DNA from: Octopus vulgaris
Taxonomy: Eukaryota
DNA length: 64,000 nt
Assembly (NCBI GenBank): GCA_951406725.2
Contig: OX597833.1
Location: 19,592,001 to 19,656,000 of the forward strand
Direction: 5' to 3'
In this document: one piece after another, positions 12,152 to 24,026 of the stretch
Position numbering within the stretch: the first letter of the stretch is position 1
Layout of the letters: each line of letters opens with the position of its first letter
The notes under the pieces: model-generated
Databases searched by the model: none
The model's input: the letters and a program-made list of their open reading frames with translations, nothing else
Told to the model about the DNA's origin: nothing
Position numbers and translations under genes: made by a program

Positions 12152-13299
12152 CCCTTGGCCGCAGTCTAAAGCCTGAAACCAGTAAAATAAAGGATGCGTG
12201 TACATTGCAGCATTGTAAACAGTGAGAGCATTGTATATTTAAGTGTCATGTTATCTTCTTGGTAGTGTTTTCAAGTCGCCCTGCGAGCCCGGCTTATAAT
12301 AAATGAAAAGACTTAGATCCTATCCTTGTTTTAATTCATTCTATCTTCAATAAGCCAGAACCGGCGTTACTGCTTGCCCAGTGATGTAGCTAGAGTGTGT
12401 GTCGCACGGGGCAGGTTTTTGAGTTTGCTGCCTACTGGGCCATCACAGCCTTTACTGTTAGTTGCCTACTGGACCACCACAGCATAAAAAGCGTGACCGA
12501 GGGCGGACCGCTCCACTTCCATCGACTACACTATTCCTGCTGAAAAATTATAGAGACATTCGGTACTTCTTTGACCAGATTTAGAGAAAGTTTGTTGTTT
12601 CTCTGCTTGTTTTTCTTTTGTTCCTTTTAACCGCACCTTTAATTAGCTTGACGTGTCTTTTCAAGCACAATAAACCACCAGGAGTCTCAGTCCCCTATCA
12701 TCCCCTCTGTGAGTCCCAACGTCTGTAGATCCTTTCTCACCCCTTCGTCCCACGTCTTCCTAGGTCTACCCTTTCCACATGTTCCTTCTACAATTAGAGA
12801 TCGGCACCTCTTAATGCAACTTCATTCATACCAACGCAGTCTTCTCTCTTGCACGCTACATCTGATGCTATGTATACCCAGTTTTTCTCTCAAATCCCTT
12901 ACAGTCTGTGTGTGTGTGTGTGTTATCCGTTACTTGTTTCAGTCACCTGAAATGTAGCCATGCTAGGGCATGACGTTGAAGGGTTTTAGTCGAACGAATC
13001 AATCCCAATACTTATTTTCAAATCTGGTACTTGTTCTATTGGTCTCTTTGGGCGAATTGCTAAGTTACAGGGACTTAGACAAAGCAGCACCAGTTTTCAA
13101 ATGATGTAGGGGGCAAAGAACTCAAGCACACATACATATATACATGTATGTATATATATATAATGTATGTGACTTGCTTCTTCAGGTTTCCGTCTACCAA
13201 ATCTACTCACAAGGCTTTGGTTGGCCAAGACTATAATAGAAGACATTTACTCAAGGTGCTGTGCAGTGGGACTGAACCCAAGACCATAATGGTTGTGAA

Positions 13300-14524
13300 C
13301 AAAGGCGGGCACCATTAATTGAAAAGTTAACTTTGTTAACCGTTAACAAAAAAGTTAACTTCGATAACCTTTAATCAGTTAATTCTTTAAAAATGTAACA
13401 GAAGTTATTGATAACTGTTAACGTTAATTTTTATTACAGAAAAAAAAACAAAAAATCAGTTTTTAGTCTAAAAACACCTCTAAACGGTGCCAAAACTATA
13501 AAATCAGCCTTTTCTTGGCCTTTTTAAGGGCTTTAGAACCCCAAAACTATCGGTTTTTTTTGCTTTAGAGTTAAAAATGGCTAATTTTATAGTTTTAAAT
13601 TTTAAGAGACCTAAAAAAGGCTGATTTCATAGTTTTGACCCTATTTTAGGGTTTTAAAGGCTTTTAGAGCTAGAAAAAGGTAATAAAAAATAACCTCAAA
13701 TAAAACACAATATTAGTATTAAACTAAAAGAGTTTATAGATAAAGTGGCCATAAAAAAATTTTTTATGAAAAACAATATATACATAATTTAATTTTTCCT
13801 CTTTTCCTCGTTCTCCATTTTGTCCATGAGATGCTTGTTGGCCTTCATGAAAATTAGCATGTCAAAGTTTTCATCAGATAGGGATGATCTCTTGGCCCTC
13901 AAGATGTCCTTGCCCATAAAGAACAAATGCTCCACTGCAGCACTGGAGGGAATGGCTATGTTGAAATTGATGAACAAGTCCATCAACACTTGCTCACCCA
14001 AGAAAGTAGCATCTGTCAGCAAGTCCTTGGAGTTGGTCTCCAACCAGGTCTTGACCAAATTCTGGGCCTTGTCCTTCAGTGATCTGTGGCTCCTGCTGCT
14101 CTCTTTTAGCTGGGTGGCACCACTGAAGAAGTCAGCCACCTCTTTGTTGTTGTTGCTCACTTTGTCAGACTGCTGCCTCATGGCCTCCATGCTTCTCCTC
14201 ACCTTGGGGTTGTCATACTTATCCAACCAGATGAGACAAAACCTGAGGTGGAAGGCAGTAGCCAGCTGGCATTGCTCATCCTCCAGGAGGGTCCTAAACC
14301 GTTTATTGATGCCTGTCAAAAGTGCATTGACCAAGGGGTTACAGTGGACAAGGCCCTTGGACTTCAAGTCTTTAAGGCTAAAGATAGTCGCAGCAACTTG
14401 AGCTAATGGAAGTTAATTAGTCTGATAATGATTTCCAAAGTTAACTTAAAAGTTAAATCATTAACGAAAATGTTAACTTTGTTAATTAACGATTAACTGA
14501 CTAACAGTTTGGTGCCCAGGTTTG
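13300..14524 (-). mobile_element. Internally deleted hAT DNA transposon inserted in a SINE
   Basis: Imperfect 15-bp TIRs (CAAAGGCGGGCACCA / CAAACCTGGGCACCA), perfect 8-bp TSD gttgtgaa (13292-13299, 14525-14532) and GTTAAC subterminal repeats at both ends. Confidence 0.92.
13789..14367 (-). pseudogene. hAT transposase C-terminal fragment (dimerisation domain)
   Basis: ORF contains FNIAIPSSAAVEHLF...RSSLSDENFDMLIFMKAN, matching the hAT C-terminal pattern (PxSSAxVERLFS...RxxLSDxxFE). Confidence 0.85.
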
Positions 14525-14781
14525 GTTGTGAAACAAGCTTCTTAACCACACAGCCACGTGTGCCTATATATAATTTTTTTAAAGCCAAAACAATGTGAGT
14601 TATAAGAAATAAGATAAGTTAATGGTCCTATTTTTATCTTGTATTTGGATATTTTGAAATACAAAATAAAAGAACAAACTTTTGACTTTATTGCCCACCA
14701 AAGGGCGAACATACATATAGTATCCTAAAGAGGTTCCATACAAACTTTCAATACAATTGACTAATATCTTGAGGTTCCACA

Positions 14782-15146
14782 TCTCTATATATATAAACGG
14801 CAAAATGTCTGCGTGTGTGTCCTTTATACAAATCTACAATTTTTCAGTTAGAGAGCTCGCACTTTCTATGGTCATTCAAAACCGTCCAAGGGTGGTCGTG
14901 CACATCTTTACATTTCCCCAGTCACCCCGCAAAGCCATTAAAAAAATCAATAGAAGTAACTTTTTTGTGAATTTTCTATCCAAAACCTAATCAAAATGCC
15001 CAAAACTTGATACGCCAATTGAATGCCAGCTAGCTGTATGTGAATGGTCGGAGATTTGGACAGTACTCACGTGTATGTGCGTATACACGCAGCTGTATAT
15101 GCATGCACTAGCACTATGATCCAGTGTTGCCGGGTCATAGTCCTAG
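14782..15146 (+). mobile_element. Non-autonomous Helitron
   Basis: a|TCTCTATATATATAAA 5' end, 3' hairpin actatgatcc...gggtcatagt, then CTAG|t. No TSD; inserted between A and T. Confidence 0.8.
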
Positions 15147-15349
15147 TTAACTATAAAAAGAATGGGAATGTGACATTCTCTCCAGTGCTGCTGCAACGGT
15201 CATTGCGTGTGGAGGTATGTCATATCTGCGTGAAGTTTTCTGCTTTGTACCTTGACTTCAGGCTATTGTATTAAAATTAATGATCGTGTTAAATTTAGTG
15301 TTGTTTACATTTTGTAATGACTCATAAGCCAATAACGCATCATGATACT

Positions 15350-15890
15350 GAATGCCCAATATTTGGTACTCCATGTGATCTTAGCGAGCGAGTTTTGCCA
15401 GCTTACAAGGACATACTAAAATGGGTTTCATTTGAATGAGAAAAAGAAAAGAAGGTAGTTAAGAAAGATCCTTCAATTAAACAAATTGTCAAGATTGTAG
15501 CAGAAAATATAATCCTTCTTTGGCAAAAGGCATCCAACCCTTGTGTTACAATTGGATCACTTAAACCAAAAATCTTAAACATTTATCTAAAGTACCAAGC
15601 ATTACTAAAATCTGTGAAAAATACAAAAAAAATGTGCCATTGTTTCAAATAAAGTGTAATTATTTAAAAACAATGCAACAAAAGATTTGACATTTCCTGT
15701 TGCAAGTGCAACTCCTTTAAAAACTGTAGTAGTAGTAGTAGTAGAGACAAAAAAATACCGCTGAGAGAACAAGATTTTTTTTGCAGGACCAAGAGACAAA
15801 TTGAAAAATGATCATTGGTGGAATAGATCAAGCAATATCTAAACAGAACATTCAAAGGTTGATTAGAAAGAATTGACCAGATCACAGTCG
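15350..15890 (+). pseudogene. Degenerate DNA-transposase N-terminal fragment (hATm-like, tentative)
   Basis: Disrupted translation ...VLPAYKDIL...KDPSIKQIVKIVAENIILLWQKASNP...YQALLKS...KMIIGGID resembles the WxKAxIP...DQRxxRKMxIGGxD pattern recalled for these transposases. Boundaries are approximate. Confidence 0.5.
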
Positions 15891-16294
15891 GCCTTCTACG
15901 TCAGCAAAGGATACTGAACTGCTAATTATTTTTATTACCAAAATGTGTCATGAAACAAAAATTGGTTTGCACATAATTTTATTTTAATGTAAGTGTAATC
16001 TAGACCTCATGTAACACATATATTCAGTGACCTAGTATTAAAAATTATAAAGAGAACGAAGTCGAAAAGTCTATTTATTTCACATATAAATTTTAGAGCC
16101 TGAGATTTTAACACTTTTGTTTTTAAAGGATTTCGCGAAAGAAAATCGATTCATAACAATGAAAGAATAAAATAGAATGAGGAACAGCAAACGTGTTATA
16201 AATTGATTTTTCCCACATTATTCAAAATTTCAAGTGGGCTGCAGAGCCTGAAGATGCAAATTTAAGAACTTCAGATTTTAACAGTTGTTTTTAA

Positions 16295-16515
16295 CCCTTT
16301 TGATACCAACCTGACCAAAACCACCACTGGCTCTGTAGTACAAATGTCTTGTTTTCATAAGTATTGAATTAAAATCTTCCACCAAACCTTAGTCACAATT
16401 TATGTTCCCAACACTAATTAATAATGACTAAGTTATTTTGCTAAATTCTTTGTTATATTTAAAATTAATTGATTGAAACACAGAGCATCTCAAAATAAAT
16501 ACGGTAACGAAAGGG
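16295..16515. mobile_element. piggyBac-type MITE (TTAA target)
   Basis: TTAA|CCCTTT...AAAGGG|TTAA. The paralogous empty site gtttttaaaggattt is visible in the nearby direct repeat at ~16119-16133. A partial copy lies at ~46660-46765. Confidence 0.85.
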
Positions 16516-18186
16516 TTAAAGGATTTTGCAATAAAAAATATATTTCAAAAATCTGTGTAAAATGTACCTTTTTCACTCCAGCCTAATATATATATTATTA
16601 TAATTAAACAAGAATGTTGTTGACAGTGACTTCAAAGTTCTGACCAGCGAAGCAGTCAGTTGATGGCTTAACTGACCAAAACTTCAAAGTCACTGTCAAC
16701 AAAATTTTTACTATTTTACTTGTTTCAGTCATGTGATTGTGGCCACGCTGGAGCACCACCTTTAGTCAAGCAAATCGATCCCAGGACTTATTCTTTGTAA
16801 GCCTAGTACTTATTCTATCGGTCTCTTTTGCCGAACCGCTAAGTTATGGGGACGTAAACACACCAGCATCAGTTGTCAAGCGATGTTGGGGGATACAAAC
16901 ACAGACACACAAACGTATACACACACACATACATATATATGTACATATATACAATGGGCTTCTTTCAGTTTCTGTCGACCAAATCCACTCACAAGGCTTT
17001 GGTCGGCCCAAGGCTATAGTAGAAGACACTTGCCCAAGGTGCCACGCAGCGAGACTGAACCCGGAACCATGTGGTTGGTAAGCAAGCTACTTATCACACA
17101 GCCACTCCTATGCCTAAGAATCATAAATACGTACTCTACAAGGGAATATTGGAAGTGAATGACATTACTTGTATGACAGAGATACTCATTAACAACTATC
17201 ATGTGAAATCAAGTCAAGGAAACACAAACAAACACACATACATACATACATATATATACAATAGGCTTCTTTCAGTTTCCGTCAACCAAATCTATTCGCA
17301 AGGCTTTGATCAACCTGGGGCAGTAGTACCGGTTGGAGTAGTGGTTCTCACCATTTTTTGTCTAAGGACCTCTTTGATTCCTATTTTACTCAGGTGGTGG
17401 AGGACCCACATCGCTATTCAATGTCCGAAAAAAGCTCCTATTTCATTTCTATGACTGAATATTATTAGGAACTGTATACAAAAATGTTTAAATATTTTGT
17501 GCATCGTAGAAATATAACCAGTTTATTACACTTAAATTTTAACAGCAAAATCTTAACTGGGCCCTGGTTGAGAACCACTGATGCAGAGGGACTGAACCCA
17601 GAACTATGTGATTGGGAAACAAATTTCTACCATGCAGCCAGGCTGTGTATAAACTGTAGCAGCCTGCTTATCAACTATGGCCTAGAAACTTTTTATATAT
17701 GTAACCAAAAATATCAAAGTACTAAACTAATGAGAATTTGAAAGCTTATATCTTCTTAGTGTATCAGATCTTACAGGTGTGAAAAATATGATTCAGCAAA
17801 AGCTGTTACTTTTTCAATGGGTTTTATTGGTACAGGTGAAGCGAGATAGCTACAACCAGATATTAAAACTTGTTCAGAATCAGCCCACTGGAAGTTTACC
17901 CTCTATGTTGTTACAGGAAAAATTGGCCACAAATTTGTAAGAAAGAAGTATATTTCCATATATGTAATTCAATCCAGTTTATTGGACTTAATTGTGTATG
18001 GATGTAGGCATAGGAGTGGCTGTGTGGTAAGTAGCTTGCTTACCAACCACATGGTTCTGGGTTCAGTCTCACTGCGTGGCACCTTGGGCAAGTGTCTGCT
18101 ACTATAGCCTCAGGCCGACCAAAGCCTTGAGTGGATTTGGTAGACGGAAACTGAAAGAAGCCCGTCATATATATGTATATATATAT

Positions 18187-18800
18187 CATCATCATCGTTT
18201 AGCGTCCGTTTTCCATGCTAGCATGGGTTGGACGGGTCAACTGTGGTCTGTGAAGCTGGAAGGCTTCGTCAGGCCCAGTCAGATCTGGCAGTGTTTCTAC
18301 GGCTGGATGCCCTTCCTAACGCCAACCACTCCGCGAGTGTAGTGGGTGTTTTTTACGTGCCACCTGCACAGGTGCCAGACAGAGCTGGCGAACGGCCACG
18401 AACGGATGGTGCTTTTATGTGTCACCGGCACGGGGCCAGGCGATGCTGGCAACGGACACGAACGGATGGTGCTTTTACGTGCCACCGACACGGGGCCAGA
18501 CAGAGCTGGCAACCGGCCACGAACGGACGGTGCTTTTACGTGTCACCAGCACGGGGGCCAGCCGAGGCTGGCAACGGACGCGAACGGATGGTGCTTTTAC
18601 GTGCCACTGACACGGTTGCCAGACAGAGCTGGCAAACGGCCACGAGCGGACGGTGCTTTTACGTGTCACCGGCACGGGGGCCAGCCGAGGCTGGCAACGG
18701 ACACGGACGGATGGTGCTTTTACGTGCCACCGACACGGGGCCAGACAGAGCTGGCAAACGGCCACGAACGGATGGTGCTTTTACGTGTCACCGGCACGGG
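18187..18800 (-). mobile_element. Family C retroposon with about eight ~61-bp units, nested in the (TA)n of a family B SINE
   Basis: (CAT)n end at 18187, core, then alternating unit types. Flanked on both sides by (TA)n and by the two halves of SINE B. Other copies at ~30187-30546, 30854-31390, 32482-32970, 47987-48239 and 49777-50121. Confidence 0.85.
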
Positions 18801-20049
18801 GGGGGTGGGATATATATATATATATATATGCGTGTGTGTGTCTGTGTTTGTCCCCCCAACATTGCTTGACAACTTCGATAACCTTTAATCAGTTAATTCT
18901 TTAAAAATGTAACTTAGTGGTTTGGCAAAAGAGACCGATAGAATAAGTACTAGGCTTACAAAGAATAAGTCCTGGGAACGATTGGTTCGACTAACAATGC
19001 GGTGCTCCGGCATGGCCACAGTCAAATGACTGAAACAGGTAAAAGAGTTGTATACAGAAGTGCTAATCACCTAAAGTGGATGGATCTTGTGGAAGAGGAA
19101 GACATGGGACAAAGTATTGTAGACTGATCTCAAGACACTGAACCTTATGAAGGAGATGACTAAGGACCGAGATATCTAGCACCTTGCTGTTCGCAAGAAG
19201 ACCTGTTTGCCACAGCAGAATTGATATCAGTGCTGGTGCCATGGTAACAGTACTGGTGTTGGTGCTACATAAAAAGTAGTCAGTACACTGTGTGGAATGG
19301 TTGGCATTGGGGAGGCTATCCAATCGTAGAAACCATGCCAGAACAGACGATGGAGCCTGGTGCAGCCCTGTCCTTACCAGCTCCAGTCAAATCGCTCAAC
19401 ACATGCCAGCATGGAAAACAGACATTAAATGATGATGATGATGATGAATCCACACCATTTTGTAACTGGCACTTTATCAACCCTGGAGTGATGAAGGGTT
19501 TTCAGGATTTGGATTCAAAATGTAAAAGGCCATAATTACATATCATAAAACATTAAATTTGACCTCTCTGCCAGACCATTCCAGCACTATATAAAGCTGT
19601 GGAGGCACATGGCTTAGTGGTTAAGGTGTTGGACTCATGATCATAAGATTGTGGTTTTGGTTCCTGGACCAGGTAATACACTGAGTCCTTGAGCAAAACA
19701 CTTCATTACATGTAGCTCCAGTCCATTCAGCTAGCAAAAACGAGTAATCCTATGATGAACCAGTGTCCCATCAGGGTGGAGAAGAGGGCAGAATATGTCA
19801 CATGGAAACTGGGAAATAGGATCTATGAGTCTATATGACTTGGGAAGGATTTGAAGCAGTGTGAATTTGGTAGATGGAAACTGAAAAAGGCATTCATGTA
19901 TATAATTGATGATGACGAAGACGACGACGATGATGATGATATACGTTCAAAATTTAATCCTCCCCTCCTGACTTATAACTTATTTCTTCTGGTTAGGTTT
20001 AAGGCCAGATATTGTTTATGTGCTGGGCCTGGATGATGATCGTCATCAT

Positions 20050-20210
20050 CAACATCTGATGTCTGCCTCTTGGCGTCTGTTATTTTCCATCTGGTCTGCT
20101 GCCTCAACGATGACACGCCGTCGAGAGGCAGACAACAGGCGTCAAAGACGCAAAGAGCGAGTCACACTCCCTTCTTCCTCGCGAACCTTCCCCTGCGATA
20201 ATTGCCCCCC
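20050..20210 (+). mobile_element. RTE-type LINE 3' ORF fragment
   Basis: ...RRQRRKERVTLPSSSRTFPCDNC matches the basic stretch plus C2H2 start at the C-terminus of RTE-clade ORFs. Confidence 0.6.
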
Positions 20211-22019
20211 ACACACACACACACACACAACACACTCCACGGTTCTTTGAAACAACCCTTGGCCTGAACAGCCACGTCAGGCACAGGCATCATTTCACAC
20301 CCATCAGTATAAAAAAAAAGCCCCATCACTCGCTACACATTAAGTATTCGGATACGAGTTAATACCGCCGCCGCCACCGACGACGATATAGATATTACAC
20401 AGCCAGACAGATAGATAGACAGATAAATAGATTTTAAAAAATAGATATTGAAATAGGTGCAGGCACGTGATTTCAAGCTCAGTTGCACCTTGAGCAAGTC
20501 TCTTCTACCTATAGTCCACGGCCGACCAAAACTTCGTGAGTCGATTTTGGTAGAGAGAAACTGAAAGAAGCCCAACTCATGTGTATCGACAGGCATATTA
20601 CTTGTCTGAATATCCAGCACACATAAATCAACGCAAAAAAACCCCGCTTAAATTCAAATTCTCTTCGCCTTCGTTTGCAACAAAGAGATCATAAAATAGA
20701 TACCTCCCGCAGCAAGAATAAAAGAACGAGGCATGATGATGATGATAAACTCTAGATCACCCTTTGTCCCTAGGTCTTCATAATAATACTCAATGTAACC
20801 GTATCTACAGGAACGTTCAACGTCGGAAAAGATATTTCTTTTTCGCTTTACTTATTTCGACTGCCGTGTCAAGTAGACCTTGTCCAACGTGTCTCCTTTT
20901 ATTTATTTATTTTCCCCCAACGCAATGATATGATTTGAGAAAATTTTCGCTGATATGCTAAAGCAAGTAACACCTGGTTTGTTTACGTTCCCGTAACATG
21001 GAGGTCCGACAAAAGCGATCGACAATAAATACCAGACTTCAAAAAGTTGGCACTGGCGTCGATTTGTTCGACTAAACTCTTCAATGCAGTGCCCCAACAA
21101 GGCCGCAGTCCAGTGAATGAAATGAGTAAAAGACAGGTACATGGCCACACATTAGGAGAAGAGAAAGGTATCCATCCTTGAAAAGATTCCAGTGGAATTT
21201 GAACGAAAAATAAGAGGAACGACCCAGTATCACAATGACATTTTGTATTTCGCTCTACCGGCCGATCATGCCACCCTAGCTGCTAAATGAAAGATTAGTT
21301 ATTTAGCTATATTTCAACCCTTATCGAGTAGGGCAATGATCAAAAGCATACAAGCTGTGCCCATCACATCTTTTCCCACCATGGACATACAAAATATAAC
21401 TACAGGATTTCTCTGAAATCAACCCACCGTCATTAAAATTGTTTTTTTTTTTAATGTACAGTCCTAGATAATATAAAAAGGACGGCTGCGTTTGGAACAC
21501 CGATCATCTTATGTACATATTCTCAACATAGGCTGAACTGGGACTAAGCAACAAAGATACAAGGTCACAAAATTTAAACCATGGGATGAGTATAGTCCGT
21601 CCATTATACCTGTTTCTTTACTACCCACAAGGGGCTAAACATAGAGGGGGACAAACAAGGACAGACATAGGTATTAAGTTGATTACATTAATTCCTACGT
21701 TAAACTGGTGCTTAATTTATCGACCCCGAAAGGATGAAAGGCAAAGTCGACCTCGGCGGAATTTGAACTCACAACGTAACGGCAGACGAAATACCGCAAA
21801 ACATTTCGCCCGGCGTGCTAACGCATTATACCGCCAATTTCCCAGGAGCTGAGTAACGTCCGAAAGGACCGATGAACCTACGACGGATTTTCTCCGGCGC
21901 TCTACCGATTCTCCCATCCATGACAGAATTAAAAGTATATCAAAATAGTTGTAGCAGGAATCACCACAATCCTTCAGAGATGTTTGTTTTGCTTTCCAAC
22001 GTCCTCTTTCCCATTTTTG

Positions 22020-22312
22020 ACAGGTTTCTTCTACTCTCACCCTCCCTCTCTTTCTATAACTACTGCACTCCCTTCCTCTCTTTCTATGCTTATTTCACCC
22101 TCACTTCAATTTTCTCACTCTCTCTCTTTATTTATCTCCTTCTCTCATTCTCCCCCTCCCTCTCCCACAGCCTGTTTACATTACTCGTTCTTTCCCCCTC
22201 CCATTGTCCTATGTTTCTTCTCTCTATTCCTCCCCTACTTGAACTCTCTCTTTCTCTCACTGTCTATCTCTCTCTATCTTTCCCTTTACTTCTCCAGCAA
22301 CATTTTATCCTT
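22020..22312. repeat. Polypyrimidine/polypurine low-complexity tract
   Basis: About 290 bp of (CT)-rich sequence with very few G on the plus strand. Confidence 0.8.
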
Positions 22313-23529
22313 TAATAACAGTTAACAATTTCAGAAAGATACGAAGAAATCTCTAGGTTTTTTACTGACTTGAATTGGATAATAAAATAAGATAATTACT
22401 CAGACACAAAGGCTATTTTCTCTCCTCATCCACATAAATCGATCTATATTCTATGTACAATAAATACTTAATTATTCATTATTTAAAACAAACACAACCA
22501 CTTGACTTACATTCACTAAATTAATCAATCGCAAGCTGTGTCTGTGTGTCGATATGGGTTTCTGATTTCAGTGTTTTGTCTAAGAGCATGAAATGACCGC
22601 TAGAAACGATCCAGACGACAATATATACACCTTCCCCTAAAAGAAATTAAAACATTAGACTTGTGTTTTTACCATTAGAACTCTATATTAAGTGAACGAA
22701 TAAAAAAAATGCCTTATTTGCGATTCCTTTGTCGTTAAATTTCACGTTATATGATTTTCGTTTTAAATACAATTTCATTTCACCAATGTTTTGTTATGAA
22801 AGTGGCATAATTATACATACATACGCACACATATATATATATATATGTATGTATATATATATCATTATTTACATTACATATCTCATTATTTACAATATAT
22901 ATATATCTTTATTGCCCACAGGGGGCTAAACATAGAGGGAACAAACAAGGACAGACAAAGGGATTAAGTCGAGTACATCGAGTAATCGACCCTGAAAGGA
23001 TGAAAGGTAAACTCAACCTCGGCGGAATTTGAACACAGAACGTACCGGCAGACGAAATACCGCTAAGCATTTCGCCCGGCGTGCTAACGTTTTAACCGGC
23101 ACGCCGCCTTAAATAATGATAGTTATCACCTGAAAGATCGCATCGAATGAGGAATTTAACAGAGGCAGAGTGGATACCCGTCTTTGTGAAAATAAATGCT
23201 GCTTTGCATGTATTGAGTACGCTGTCTCTCATTTGCTAACTTAACGAGTTGTACAATGCATTTGAACTATTTACAAGGAGGTTTTGTTAATAGAAAGAAA
23301 AAGGTGTGTTTGCATATGTGTCTGTGTGTGCTTATGCATTCCTTAAATCTGCAATAGCATGGAATAGTAATAGCATTTATGTGAATCTTTCTTGGATCCA
23401 TTATGACAACCCGATTGTTGTATATTTGGAGTTCTTGGATCCATGACAGATATAACCTGGTATTAGCTCCATGTTGAACATATGTGTATGTGCGCGCGTA
23501 TATATAAGATATACATGTGTGTGTGTGTG

Positions 23530-23569
<40 letters not shown>

Positions 23570-23996
23570 TAGATAGATAGATAGATAGATAGACAGACAC
23601 ATAGATAGAAAGATAGATTCTACCAATAATGAAACTACACACACATTCTACAAATAACGGAACAGTATGCTGTATCTATATATATACATATATATGTGTG
23701 TTTATATATATATATATAGTATGTCTAGTGAATAACTATATATATATACATATATAGTTATTCACTAGATATACTTTTTTAAAGCCCGAAAATCTAAAAA
23801 AAATATGGTCTTCATAGTAATGATATCCCCGTTTTACTTGCCTATTCTGTGCACCTTATCAAACTGTCAGTTTACACCTTTATTCTACCCGCCACCCCTT
23901 TAAAATAAGGCATCCAAGCTGCTTGCAAACACAACTGATTAAGGGTTTTGTTAACTGATAAGGGTTTTGTAAAAACATAAATAAAACCATTTTTAC

Positions 23997-24026
23997 CGTT
24001 GCTGAATCTGCATCGAAGTCCGTCAT
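23997..24026 (-). CDS. Candidate first coding exon MTDFDADSAT (possibly CXXC1)
   Basis: CAAC-ATG start context, 10 codons, phase-0 donor ACG|gtaaaa compatible with the phase-0 acceptor at 4740. It lies in unique CpG-containing sequence but would imply a ~19 kb intron. Confidence 0.38.

Noticed and set aside
13820-14401. 193-aa plus-strand ORF
   Set aside because: Antisense shadow of the hAT transposase fragment.
18228-18888. Long overlapping ORFs (213 and 180 aa; similarly 740-1331, 37718-38365, 47867-48193)
   Set aside because: They are open in several frames because of GC-rich tandem repeats in family C; no protein motifs.
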